Of a DNA stretch of 64,000 nt, positions 1 through 10,454 are shown piece after piece. Position numbers and translations under genes: made by a program. The stretch comes from Chrysemys picta bellii (taxonomy: Eukaryota), in the NCBI RefSeq assembly GCF_011386835.1, contig NC_088794.1, forward strand, positions 82,274,001 through 82,338,000, in the 5' to 3' direction. Below the pieces are notes generated by a model. It had not been told where the DNA came from. It made no database searches and saw nothing but the letters and a program-made list of their open reading frames with translations. Positions within the stretch are counted from its first letter, which is position 1. The number at the start of each line of letters is the position of its first letter.

Positions 1-129
1 CAAAGTTTCTAAATGAGGCTTTGATACAAAGTTCCATGAAAACAGAGGTCACACATGGGTAGACCCACCACAAGGTTATATGAAGAGGCACAATGTAAAG
101 TCATATGAAAATTATCAGAGATTGATCTA

Positions 130-812
130 CAGTTGGAGGTTTAGGGACACCCAGAGCATGACTCTCTTGGCCATTGATGGACCCATGTTTCATGAATTTA
201 TCTAATTCTGTTTTGAACCCAGTTACAGTTTTGGCCTTCACAACAACACCTGGCAAGGAGTTCCACAGCCATACAATGACTGTGCATTGTGAGAAGTAGT
301 ACTTTATTTTGTTTGTTTTAAACCTGCTGCCTATTGATTTCATTGGGTGACCCTAGTTCTTGTGTTATGTGAAGGGGAAATAACACTTCCTTATTCAGTT
401 CCCCACACCATTCATGATTGTATAGACCTCTATCATATCCCCCTGAGTCGTCTCTTTTCCAAGCTGAACAGTCCCAGTCTTTTTAATTTCTCCTTGTATA
501 GAAGCTGTTCAATGCCCCTAGTCATTTTTGTTGCCTTTCTCTGTACCTTCTCCAATTCTTATATATCTTTTTAGATGGGGCAACCAGAACTACACACAGT
601 ATTCAAGATGTGGGTGTACCATGGATTTATATAGTAACATGATATTTACTGCCTTATTATCTACCCCTTTCCTAATGGTTCCTAACACTGTTAGCTTTTT
701 AGGTGTTTTTAGAGAACTATCCACAACAACAGCTAACTTAGACCCCATCATTTTGTATGTATAGGTGGGATTATGTTTTCCAATCTGCATTACTTTGTAT
801 TCATCACATTTC
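130..812 (-). mobile_element. CR1 LINE 3' fragment (ORF2 C-terminus + 3' UTR), degenerate
   Basis: Minus-strand peptides LWNSLPGVVVKAKTVTGFKTELDKFM and LGTIRKGVDNKAVNIMLLYKSMVHPHLEYCV are typical of the CR1 RT C-terminus. Confidence 0.9.
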
Positions 813-1046
813 TTTCCAGAGACCTCTATCCCCTGTAGCTGAGCTTAGACAGTAATGCCATCCAGTGACACTCCCCTCCTGCCCCAGGTGAGATTGCTGA
901 AGGTAGTAATCAGAGGGTGCAGTGCTAATTAGACACAGTCCTAAAAGTAACAGAGAGGAGCAGGAAGGGGACAGAGCCTTCAAGCTTGAGATGAGGAGAC
1001 AGTTGCTGTCCTTTTGGGGAGTAGGGGAGTTACAAGCAAGTACCCC

Positions 1047-2160
1047 CGTGACGGGTTCGGTCACAGAGATCCCTTTGGGATTGCCACATGACATGTGGAA
1101 GTTACCTCTGAGCCCATTTTCCCTGCCAGCTTGGGACTCCAGAACCCTGCCTTGCTGAACCAGACACACCAGCCTGCTTCAACACAGATCCAGGTCTGGT
1201 CCACGCCCCCAAAGTTGCAGACTTTAACCAAAAACTGCTCAGCAGGTTACCTGCTCCACCACCCAGACACCCAGCTTCCAATGGGATCCAAATCCCAAAT
1301 AAATCAGTTTTACTCTGTATAATTGTCCACCCTCTATAACACTGATAGAGAGAGATGCACAGCTGTTTGCTCCCCCAGGTATTAATCACTTACTCTGGGT
1401 TAATTAATAAACAAAAGTGATTTTATTAAGTATAAAAAGTAGGATTTAAGTGGTTTCAAGTAATAACAGAACAAAGTAAGTCACCAAGCAAAATAAAGCA
1501 AAAACACGCAAGTCTAAGCCTAATACATTAAGAAACAGTTTACAGATAATATCTCACCCTCAGAGATGTTCCAATAAGCTTCTTTCACAGACTAGACTCC
1601 TTCCTAGTCTGGGCCCAATGTTTTCCCCTGGTACAGTCCTTGTTAGTTCCAGCAGGCATCTTAGGTGAAAACAGGGGCTCTCTCATAACTGGGACCCTCT
1701 TTTGTTCTCTTCCACCTCCTTTTATAGCTTTGGCACAAGGCGGGAATCTTTTGTCTGTCTGGATCCCCACCTCTCCTTCTAAATGGAAAAGCACCAGGTT
1801 TAAGATGGATTCCACCATTCTTCCTGGGCTGGCTTATACGAACACAGGAAGGCTTGCAAGTAAACAGAGCCATTTACAACCAATTGTCCTAGTTAATGGG
1901 AGCCATCAAGATTCTAAACCATCATCAATGGCCCACGCTTTGCACAATTACAATAGTACCTCAGAGTTATACTTTATATTTCTAGCTTCAGATACAAGAA
2001 TGATAGATACATACATACAAATAGGATGAACACACTCAGTAGATTATAAGCTTTGTAATGATACATTACAAGAGACCTTTTGCATAAGGCATATTCTAAT
2101 TACATTATATTTACACTCATAAGCATACTTCCATAAAACATTGCAGAGTCCAGCGTCACA
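1047..2160 (-). mobile_element. Solo LTR (~1.1 kb), probably Gypsy-type
   Basis: Inverted ends (C)GTGACG...CGTCACA. On the minus strand, TATAAAA at 1726-1720 and AATAAA at 1427-1422 are in U3-R order. TSD imperfect (CCCC/CCCA). Confidence 0.65.
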
Positions 2161-3135
2161 CCCACCCCATATTTTCCCTTGGAAACTGTCCCTCCCAGAG
2201 GGGAATGGAAGACAATGGCAGTGTGAATCTTGCAAGCCAATGAATGATGATACAGCAATGGGCCCCAGGCTCACTTAAGCATGAAATCCAAGTGGAATAT
2301 TTATGAGCTGATTTAAACACTTAATGAGCCCTAAGGCAGAGGGGGAGCAGAACAGGAGCTGTGAACTCCCGGCCCGGCACTCTGGGAATCCCACCCTGAG
2401 TGAGCAGCAGGATGTCCTCAGCTAATCCCTGTCCCAGTGCTGCCTCCGTATCGCCTCATATATATTTGTAACTGGACCTCTGCATGCTGCCACAATAGAA
2501 ATATTCCCCAATAATATTAACCTCGTACCCTGGCAGACTGGCTAAAGGGCCTTGATTAAGGGGCACAAAAAAAACCTTAGTGCCATGGTTGAGAAATGAG
2601 TCCATGCAGCCTTCATACCTGGACTAGTGTCCTGGGAAAGGCCTGGGATGAAGGACTGGCACCAAGGGGATATAGGGGAATCACCCCCTCACTGGGCCAA
2701 AGCAACTGAAACCTGTGACCAGCCCAGGTTCATGTTAACTGGGTCAAGACTGGGAGAGGCCCCTGTGTGCAGGGAATCCTTAGAGATGGAAAAGCCCCAC
2801 AAGGGATGTAGTTCATCCTTCCAGGCTCTGGGTCCCTTCAGCCTATGTTCCAGGCTCTGCCCAGTCAGCTTGAAATGGCTGAAGTGATAAGGTTCCCACC
2901 CCATGCCCTGAAGGATGAGCCTGCAGTCTCCCACAGCACATTGCAGGGATTTCTTTCTTAATCCATCCCATTCCTCCTTTTTATCCTCCTTGGATCCCTC
3001 TCAATATCCCTCCCCCTCCTGGGTGTCTCTTCAGATTCTTCTTAGACTGTTCTTGGCCTCCTGCCCCCTTACTGGCTGCTTAGCCAAGCTTGATAGATTG
3101 GGGTTTGTTTGTTTTTTCATCTCTGATTAATCAAG

Positions 3136-3326
3136 TGTAACGCTGACAAAAACTGGTCCTGTTTGAACCTGGGGCCTCTGGAGCTTTGTGCATGAATCTC
3201 TACCACAGGAGCTAAAAGCCAGATGGCTGTTAGCTAAGGCTGTAGAGCAGACTCAATCTCTCTCTAAGTGGTCTCGGTGCCACTAAGTGGGACAGAACAC
3301 CACACCCAGGAGATGTGTGGGTTACA
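3136..3326 (-). mobile_element. 191-bp TG..CA LTR-like element containing a tRNA-like (A/B box) cassette
   Basis: Termini TGTAAC...GTTACA with 4-bp TSD CAAG/CGAG. Minus strand 3220-3155 reads GGCTTTTAGCTCCTGTGGTAGAG...CCCCAGGTTCAAAC. Confidence 0.6.
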
Positions 3327-3328
3327 TG

Positions 3329-3747
3329 CAGGGGTGAAAGTAGTTTAAAGGATTTACCGGTACGCCGGAGTCCTGAGCGGGGCGTGGCCTCAATGGGAAG
3401 AGGGGTGGCCTCAATGGGAAGAGGGGTGGCCTTTCAAGATTTAAAGGTCCTGGGGCTCTGGCTGTGGCTGGGAGCCCCAGGGCCTTTAAATCACCCTGGA
3501 GCTAACAGCTGCAGAGGCGGCTGGGAGCCCCAGGACTCAGGGGCAAATTAAAGGGCCCGGGGCTCCAGCTGCCGCGGAGCTCCAGGCCCTTTAGAGCCCT
3601 GCCGCTGCTACCCCAGGGCGGCAGCGCTCGGGCTAGGGCTGGGGTAGCAGTGGCAGGGCTCTGGTGGAGCCCTGGGCCTTTAAATCACCGCCAGAGATGC
3701 CAGTCCGGTCCGGCATGCCGGCCTATACGGGCTTACTTTCACCTCTG
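3329..3747. mobile_element. hAT MITE
   Basis: TIRs CAGGGGTGAAAGTA / TACTTTCACCTCTG; 8-bp TSD GTTACATG (3321-3328) / GTTACACG (3748-3755). Internal direct repeat GGCCTCAATGGGAAGAGGGGT x2. Confidence 0.9.
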
Positions 3748-4724
3748 GTTACACGAGCCTTTCAGGCACATGGGCATTATTTGTTTGTTTTGGTCTTCTC
3801 TGAGGTGTATTCTCCGGTTTGTCTACATCCCCTGCTGACCAGGTGCCAGATGAAGATAGTGTGCCAGGCACGGCCTGACCAGCTCCACAGAGAAAGGAAT
3901 CAACCCCTCCCTGCTCTAGCCTGGACTGCACTCTTAACCCCTGGAGATTGTCCTTGGATTTCAGGAAGCTGCAAGCATGTTCCTGATATGAGACTGTCCT
4001 GAGGAGTGCTAGTGAGAATAAAGAAAGAGCACCTCAGATGAGGAGCCTCAGTGAAAGAGGAGACAGTGGTTTCATCACAATCATTTCTCCTGTGTTACTC
4101 TTTACTAGTGTCAGCATTATTGGAGCCCACTGGCCTGACGCACAGACAACATGCAATGTTGTTGGAATGTGGAAACTGCCTTCTCTGATACCTCTCCTAG
4201 GAGGGCTACCGGAAGGAAGAGTCCTCAGAGATCCCATGAAGAACCTTATCCCTCCACTTTGGATGCTGAGCCACCTCTACTGCTCTCTTACACCTGTTCT
4301 CTACATTGTGTAAAGAAGGGATGCTGTAAACATGATACTGATCTCTGCTGCAGTATTACCAGAGACAAGTAGGAACCCATTGTTTACCTCCAAGACCTGT
4401 GAACTGGGATCCTGACTGAATGTAAAAGTCCATATGGATGCTCCCATGCACAGAACTTCACAAAAACATCTGACTCCAATTCCAGATGTGGATTTTTGTA
4501 TCTTATCAGGATGAGGACAAGTGGGGTTTCATTGAAAAGTAACTAGGGAACAAAGGCACATGGGGGTAGGGAATTGCAATCTGAAATGCAAACCTGAGAT
4601 CCACTTTTTGCTAATGGAGTAGCAGCTGTGAAGGAGGTTGAGGAGAATTGCAACAGGCTAGAGCTGAAGATCTCTTGAGTGGCCCTGGAAACACCTCTGT
4701 TTGGTTTCAGTGATGAAGAATAGA

Positions 4725-4960
4725 ACAAATGAGACAATGTAGCCTAATGAACAGAGCACTGGACTGTGACTCAGGAGCTCTAGGTCCATTCCCCCCCCCC
4801 GATTCTGCCACTGACCTGCAATGTGACCTTGGACAAGTCACTTCACCTCTCAGTGCCTCAGTCTTCCCCTCTGTAAAATGGGAATTATGATACCAACTGC
4901 CTTTATAAAGCACTCAGATCTACTGATAACAAGAGCTAGGTGGTATTATAATTGCTATTA
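4725..4960 (+). mobile_element. MIR-like CORE-SINE
   Basis: CORE motif GTGACCTTGGACAAGTCACTTCACCTCTCAGTGCCTCAGTCTTCCCCTCTGTAAAATGGG after a degenerate tRNA-like head. Confidence 0.8.
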
Positions 4961-6525
4961 ATCAGTTAAGAGAGAGGTAAGGACAGTCAAACAAGATGTT
5001 AGAACCATATATCCTAGAAGGTAGGTCGGTGCATTTCAACACAACCTGGGTATCCCTGGAAAGTCCCACAAGGAGTCCTGAGGGTCCCAAATTTGGGCCT
5101 TGCCTCTCCTGTAGCTAATACTTTAATTCTTGTACCAATAGGCTTAGGGGAAGCAAAACTGTGTGAGACAAGAGGTCCTTGACCCCCATTATTGCACAAG
5201 GCAAATAAAGAACAAGACTCAGCCAATCGGAAGCCGAGATGTATCCAATCAGGAACACACCACTCACTGGCCTGGTGCATGGGACTTTGGGCCCCCTCTG
5301 TTTTAGGACCTCCCAAGGAAGTCAAGGAGGAAGCTCTGCACATGGAGGGATGGCAGGATTGGGCACAAAGACAACAAGAGAGGATTAACCCCAAGCAGAG
5401 AGAGGTTGGAGATCTCAATCACCATTAAAGTTCATTGACACAAGAGAAGGATATTTAGCCGGAAGGCCCAATAAATTGCACAGCTGACTGGCAACACATG
5501 TCCTGCTGTGACTTGTCACATAAATCCCATTGCAGATATTCATTAGAATTGAGATTTATTTGTTTAATTAGAGCAATCATAACCTGGATTGGGATAAGGT
5601 TGCACTAGGGAGTACAGGGCCCAGGAAAGCAGCAGCAGTTAGCAGTGCAGGGTGCAGGCAGCAGATGTGATTCCAAGAAGCAGTATTCAAAGTGAACTAC
5701 AAAGGAAGAGAGTGATTTGCTTGTGTACTTTGACTGCTCCTTGTAAAGGCAACTACAAGGCTTTTCCAGTCTGCTTTTCATTTCAGAAATACCAGGAGTA
5801 TCAAGTCTTGGCTTTGCTGGAGGATCTCTGGCCTGGAAGACGGACGAGCTGGACTAAGATAGGAACAGCACAACAGGCTGAACCCTGCACTGCAGCTCAA
5901 CAGAAAGGTAGAGGGGAGCCTGAATGTTTCACCCAGAGACTTTCTCCCAGCTGTTTGTCAGGAGTTTTAGATAAATGATTTATTTTGCTTTAAACTTGTG
6001 TGACTAAAAAAATCCCTTCTTGTCTAAGCTGAGGGGAGTGTCTTGTGATGTCCCTATCCCATTCCAATCCTCCAGGAAAAAGCACTTAGGTCAAAGGCTG
6101 ATTTTTCTAATGTCAGTGTGTTGGCCACCATCTTTTGTCCAACACACCAGGGATTAAACCAGGTACCTCAGGCTGTTGCTGGGGCTGTAACAGACTCCTG
6201 TCCTCTGTGGATCAGGCACAGAGGCGGACCTGTAACACACACTCATCAGTGGGTTACATCAATAACAGGAAAAAATTGAAAAGAACACCTGCACCAGAGA
6301 AAAATAACAATGGGCACAAACACCATTCTTCCCTCTTTGTAGTTCACCTTTAAGGTAAATGGCATTTTCTCTGTTGCAGAAGAAGGCAAAGTCCCAGTCC
6401 TGAAGTGCTAGCAGAGTATATGATACATGGGACAAGGCTTCGGGCACAAGCTGGCACTGGACAACAACGGGGAGAGGATTAGCCAAAAAGGCTTTGCAGA
6501 AAGAGGGAGGGATTTCAGTCTGGTC

Positions 6526-6689
6526 CAGATATACCTATCTCATAGAACTGGAAGGGACCCTGAAAGGTCATCGAGTCCAGTCCCCTGCCTTCACTAGCAG
6601 GACCAAGTATTGATTTTGCCCCAGATCCCTAAGTGCCCCTCTCAAAGATTGAACTCACAACCCTGGGTGTAGTAGACCAATGCTCAAAC
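6526..6689 (-). mobile_element. tRNA-derived SINE with CR1 3' tail (tortoise-type), 5' end missing
   Basis: Aligns by eye along its length with the copy at 39860-40059; lacks the first ~20 nt (A box). Confidence 0.85.
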
Positions 6690-6949
6690 GATGTAGGGGG
6701 AGCCCAGAAAAAAGGCTCACAGCTGAGATGGAGGCCAAGAGTGCAGGGAGGAGAAGGAGGAATGTAGGGAGCAAGGTGGGGGTGAGTCAGAGGATGTGAG
6801 AGCAGAGATGCCAGCTTGGAGTTAAGAGCAGAATTATGCCTGTGCCATTGGGGAATATTAAGGCTGTGCACCCAGGTCCCAGGAATAATGTTCTATAACT
6901 TGGTATGTGCATTTAATAGCAATCATTTGCATCTGCAAGTGGAAACTGA

Positions 6950-7243
6950 GGCTATGTCTACACTACAGCAGCACAGCGAGGGTGCTGCAGCACTGCCGTA
7001 GTGTAGAGGCTTCCTGGCCTCAGAGAGGTGGATTTACTAAATCGACAGAAAAACCCCTTCTGTCAATATAGGTGTAGTCCAGGCCTGAAAGGCAGTAGTT
7101 AGGTCAGTGGAAGAATTCTTCTCTCAATCTAGCTGTGTCTACGAGGGGATTAGGCCGACCTAACTGTTGCACAGGCCATGACATTTTTCACAGCCCTGAG
7201 TGATGTAGCTAGGTCAATCTAATTTTAAGATGTAGACCAGGCC
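6950..7243. mobile_element. PIF/Harbinger MITE nested in a MIR core
   Basis: TIRs GGCTATGTCTACACT / TGTAGACCAGGCC with 3-bp TSD TGA (6947-6949, 7244-7246). Flanks rejoin to the MIR motif GGAAACTGAGG...CAGAGAGG...TGACTT. Confidence 0.8.
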
Positions 7244-7749
7244 TGAGGTGCAGAGAGGGGAAATGACTTCCCTAGGCCATGCAGGGAGTCAGTGGTCCAA
7301 CCAGGATTAGGACCCAGGCCAGGAGTATTTGTGTTTCGTTTTCAAGGGCTTTTCACGGCCTCGGAGAGCAGTAAAAGGGTCCTACATCAGGTCTGGTCTC
7401 CTCAGGGGATGGAAACACCCCAAGGAAACCAGGGCTCACATTAGCTCTTTCACTCCTACTAAGTGCTGAAAAAAGCCTGTGAAAAATGTGAATACAAGTT
7501 CTGGTATTCTAGCTCCAAATGCCAAAGTCCCTGTACAGGAGGTGATTGCTATTGCTGGGCAAGCTAGACAAATTACCATTACTGCTGTGCACTTTCCAAG
7601 GCAGACAGCCTCTCATTTTCTCTATAGGGCACATGTCATGCTGGGGCTGCAGAGCCCTTGTGGGGGGCATGACATAGTTTAAACAAGCAATTGAATGGGT
7701 ATGTCATCCTAGAGTCACGGGGAAGAGGATGCAGGAGAATGGGCTAGAG

Positions 7750-9546
7750 CAGGAGTCTCAAACTCAAATGACCATGAGGGCCACATGAGGACTAGTACAT
7801 TGGCCCAAGGGCCGCATTACTGACACCTCCCCCCGCCACCGCCCTCAGACCCGCCCCCACTCCACCCCTTCTATGAGGCCCCGCCCCTGCCCCACCTCTT
7901 CCCACCCCTTCCCTGCCCCCATTCCAACTGCTTCCCCCAAATCCCCACCCCAACTCTGCTCCCTCCCTGCCCCCAGGAGGTGCAGGAGGGCTGTGGTGGG
8001 GGCTCAGGGCAGGGAGTTGGGGTGTGGGGTGCAGGAGGGGTTAGGGGTACAGCAAGGGGTCAGGGTGCAGGGTGCAGCAGGGGGTTCAGGGCAGGGGTCG
8101 GGGTCAAAGAGGAGTATGGGGTGCAGCAGGGGGCTCAGGGCAGTGGGTTGGGGTGCAAGAGGAGTGTGGGGTGTGGCAGGGGGTTCAGGGCAGGGGGTCA
8201 GGGTGCAGAGTGCGGCAGGGGGCTTAGGGCAGGGGGTCAGGGTGCAGGAGGGGTGCAGGGTATGGCAGGGGGTCGGGGTGCAGGGTGCGGCAGGGGGTTC
8301 ATGGCAAGGGGTTCAGCTGCAGGACGAGTTCGGGGGGGCAGGATCTGGCCCGGCGCGTACCCGGGGCAGGGCAGGCTCCCTGTCTGCCGGCCCTGCCCCT
8401 GCAAGAGGCTGGAACGTGGGGAGGGGGGGCGGAGGGGCTGTGTGTTTCTGTTGCTTGAGGCACCACCTCCAGCAGCTCCCATTGGCCACAGATCCCTGTT
8501 CCCAGCCAATGGGAGCTGTTGGGGGCGCTGCCTAAAGCAACAGAAACACACAGCCCCTCCACTCTAGGGTTGCCATATTTTAAGTGTCCAAAAAGAGGAC
8601 ACTCCACAGGCCCCGCCCCTTCCCAGCCCCGCCCCTTCCCCTGGACGCTTCGCCCCCCCCTGCCCCTCCCCCACCCCTGCTTCCCGCGAACATTTGATTC
8701 GCGGAAAGCCTGAAGCAGCAGGCAAGCCGGGGCGGGGGGGGGGGGGCCGCAGCCCAGTCCGGCCCCCCCCAGCCGAGCGGCTTCCCTTCAGGCCAAGAGG
8801 CTCTGGCCCCGGTGTCTCCCGCCCGGCTTGGCTCAGGCCCTGGGGCGCCGGCCCCCGGCCCCGCACCGCCGGCCCCCGGGCCGAGCACCGCCCGCCCCGC
8901 ACCGCCGGGCCCCGGCCCCCGGGCCGAGCACCGCACCGCCGGGCCCCGGCCCCCAGCTCCACACCGCCAGCCCCCGGCCAAGCACCGCCTGGCCCCAGCT
9001 CCACACCGCCAGCCCCCAGCTCCGCACCGCCGGGCCCGGCCCCCGGCTCCGCACCGCCGGGCCCGGGCCAAGTACCGCCAGGTGGGCCCGACCCCCGGCC
9101 GAGCACCGCCGGCCAAGCACCGCCGGCCCCGGCCCCGCCGGCCGAGCACCGCCGGCCCCTGGCCCAGCCCAGCCCAGCACCGCCGGCCCCGGCCCCTGGC
9201 CCGGCCCAGCCCAGTACCGCCGGCCCCGGCCCCGGCCCGGCCCAGCCCAGCCCCACCGGTCCCTCCCTCCCTATTTTCCCGGACAAGTCCGGCTTTTTGG
9301 GATTTCCTCCCGGACGGGGATTTGAGGCCCCAAAAGCCGGACATGTCCGGGAAAATCCGGACGTATGGTAACCCTACTCCGCTCCCCTTCCCCACGTTCC
9401 AGCCTCTTTCCGGAACGGCGTGGGATCAGGGCAGGCAGAGAGCCTGCCCTGCTCCTGGTGCACGTCCGGCCGCCGCTCTGGTAAACACTAGGGGAGGGTG
9501 GGGGGCTGCGAGGGGCTCGCGGGCCGCAGCATGTTTGAGACCCCTG
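7750..9546. mobile_element. hAT (Charlie/Buster-type) MITE with G-rich array and internal hairpin, host of a nested MITE
   Basis: TIRs CAGGAGTCTCAAAC / GTTTGAGACCCCTG; TSD GGCTAGAG (7742-7749) / GTCTAGAG (9547-9554). Confidence 0.85.
8565..9376. mobile_element. Nested hAT MITE with CpG-rich tandem array
   Basis: TIRs TAGGGTTGCCATA / TATGGTAACCCTA; TSD CTCCACTC (8557-8564) / CTCCGCTC (9377-9384). Degenerate GCACCGCC(G)GGCCCCGG units at ~8840-9250. Confidence 0.9.
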
Positions 9547-10331
9547 GTCTAGAGCACTAGGGAGGCAGAGCCTAGGGACCAGGCCTCCTGCCTGCTGAAT
9601 GACTGTATAGGAGGAGGGGGGTTCTGCTCCTGCCCTAGATCACGGCTAGAGGCCCAATGCTGCTCTTGCAGGAGACAAATGGCTCCTATTGACTTGGGGG
9701 AATAGACACTCATTACTGGGGCGGGGGAGAGACAGAACCCTGCTGTCTCAAGCAGCTGCTATTCCAGGAGGGGTAGGAACTACAGCCCACTCCACTCAGA
9801 TGCATCCTTAGTCCCACAGGATTCCCTTTGCAAGTAATACTGCTCAGCAATTCCCCAGCCCATCTTCTCTTCAAAAGGCCCTACAGTGCACCCACCCCCG
9901 GAGCCCTGGGGGAGCTAGGTGGCTGCAGAGCTCGTGTCTCCACCTCCACTCCGACCCCTCACACATTCTCCTCATCTCCCTCTCCCTAGCAAGCCCTAGA
10001 GTATCAGACACCAGCCATTGCACCCACAGCATCTCCTCCTGGGTTCCCATTGCACGCTTTCAGACAAGGAGCTGTCAAATCTCCAGTCCCGGAGCAGCAA
10101 TGGTGAGGGTGGGCTCCAATTCTTCACACCCAAAACCAATTCATTGCTGCTAAACTTGCTTTTTATACACACAACATGGGCTGAGGGCAGTAAAGCACCC
10201 CTGCCTCTCCACAGGGCTCTCAGCATGCAGAAAGTCGCCCCGCCCCTAGGAGGCTGCTCAGCAGGAAGCAGCCTCCTCCCCAGACCCCTGCTGAGGTACC
10301 TGCTTCAGTGTCTCAGAGGAGGCTTCATTCA

Positions 10332-10454
10332 TAGGGTGACCAGATGTCCCGATTTTATAGGGACAGTCCCAATTTTGGGGTCTTTTTCTTATATAGGATC
10401 CTATTACCCCCCACCGCCGTCCCGATTTTTCACACTTGCTGTCTGGTCATCCTA
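10332..10454. mobile_element. 123-bp hAT MITE
   Basis: TIRs TAGGGTGACCAGA / TCTGGTCATCCTA; perfect TSD TTCATTCA. Confidence 0.92.

Noticed and set aside
7873-9552. Many overlapping 100-270 aa Gly/Pro/Arg-rich ORFs on both strands
   Set aside because: They lie inside GC-rich MITE arrays lacking stop-codon bases. All frames are open and there is no splice or homology support.
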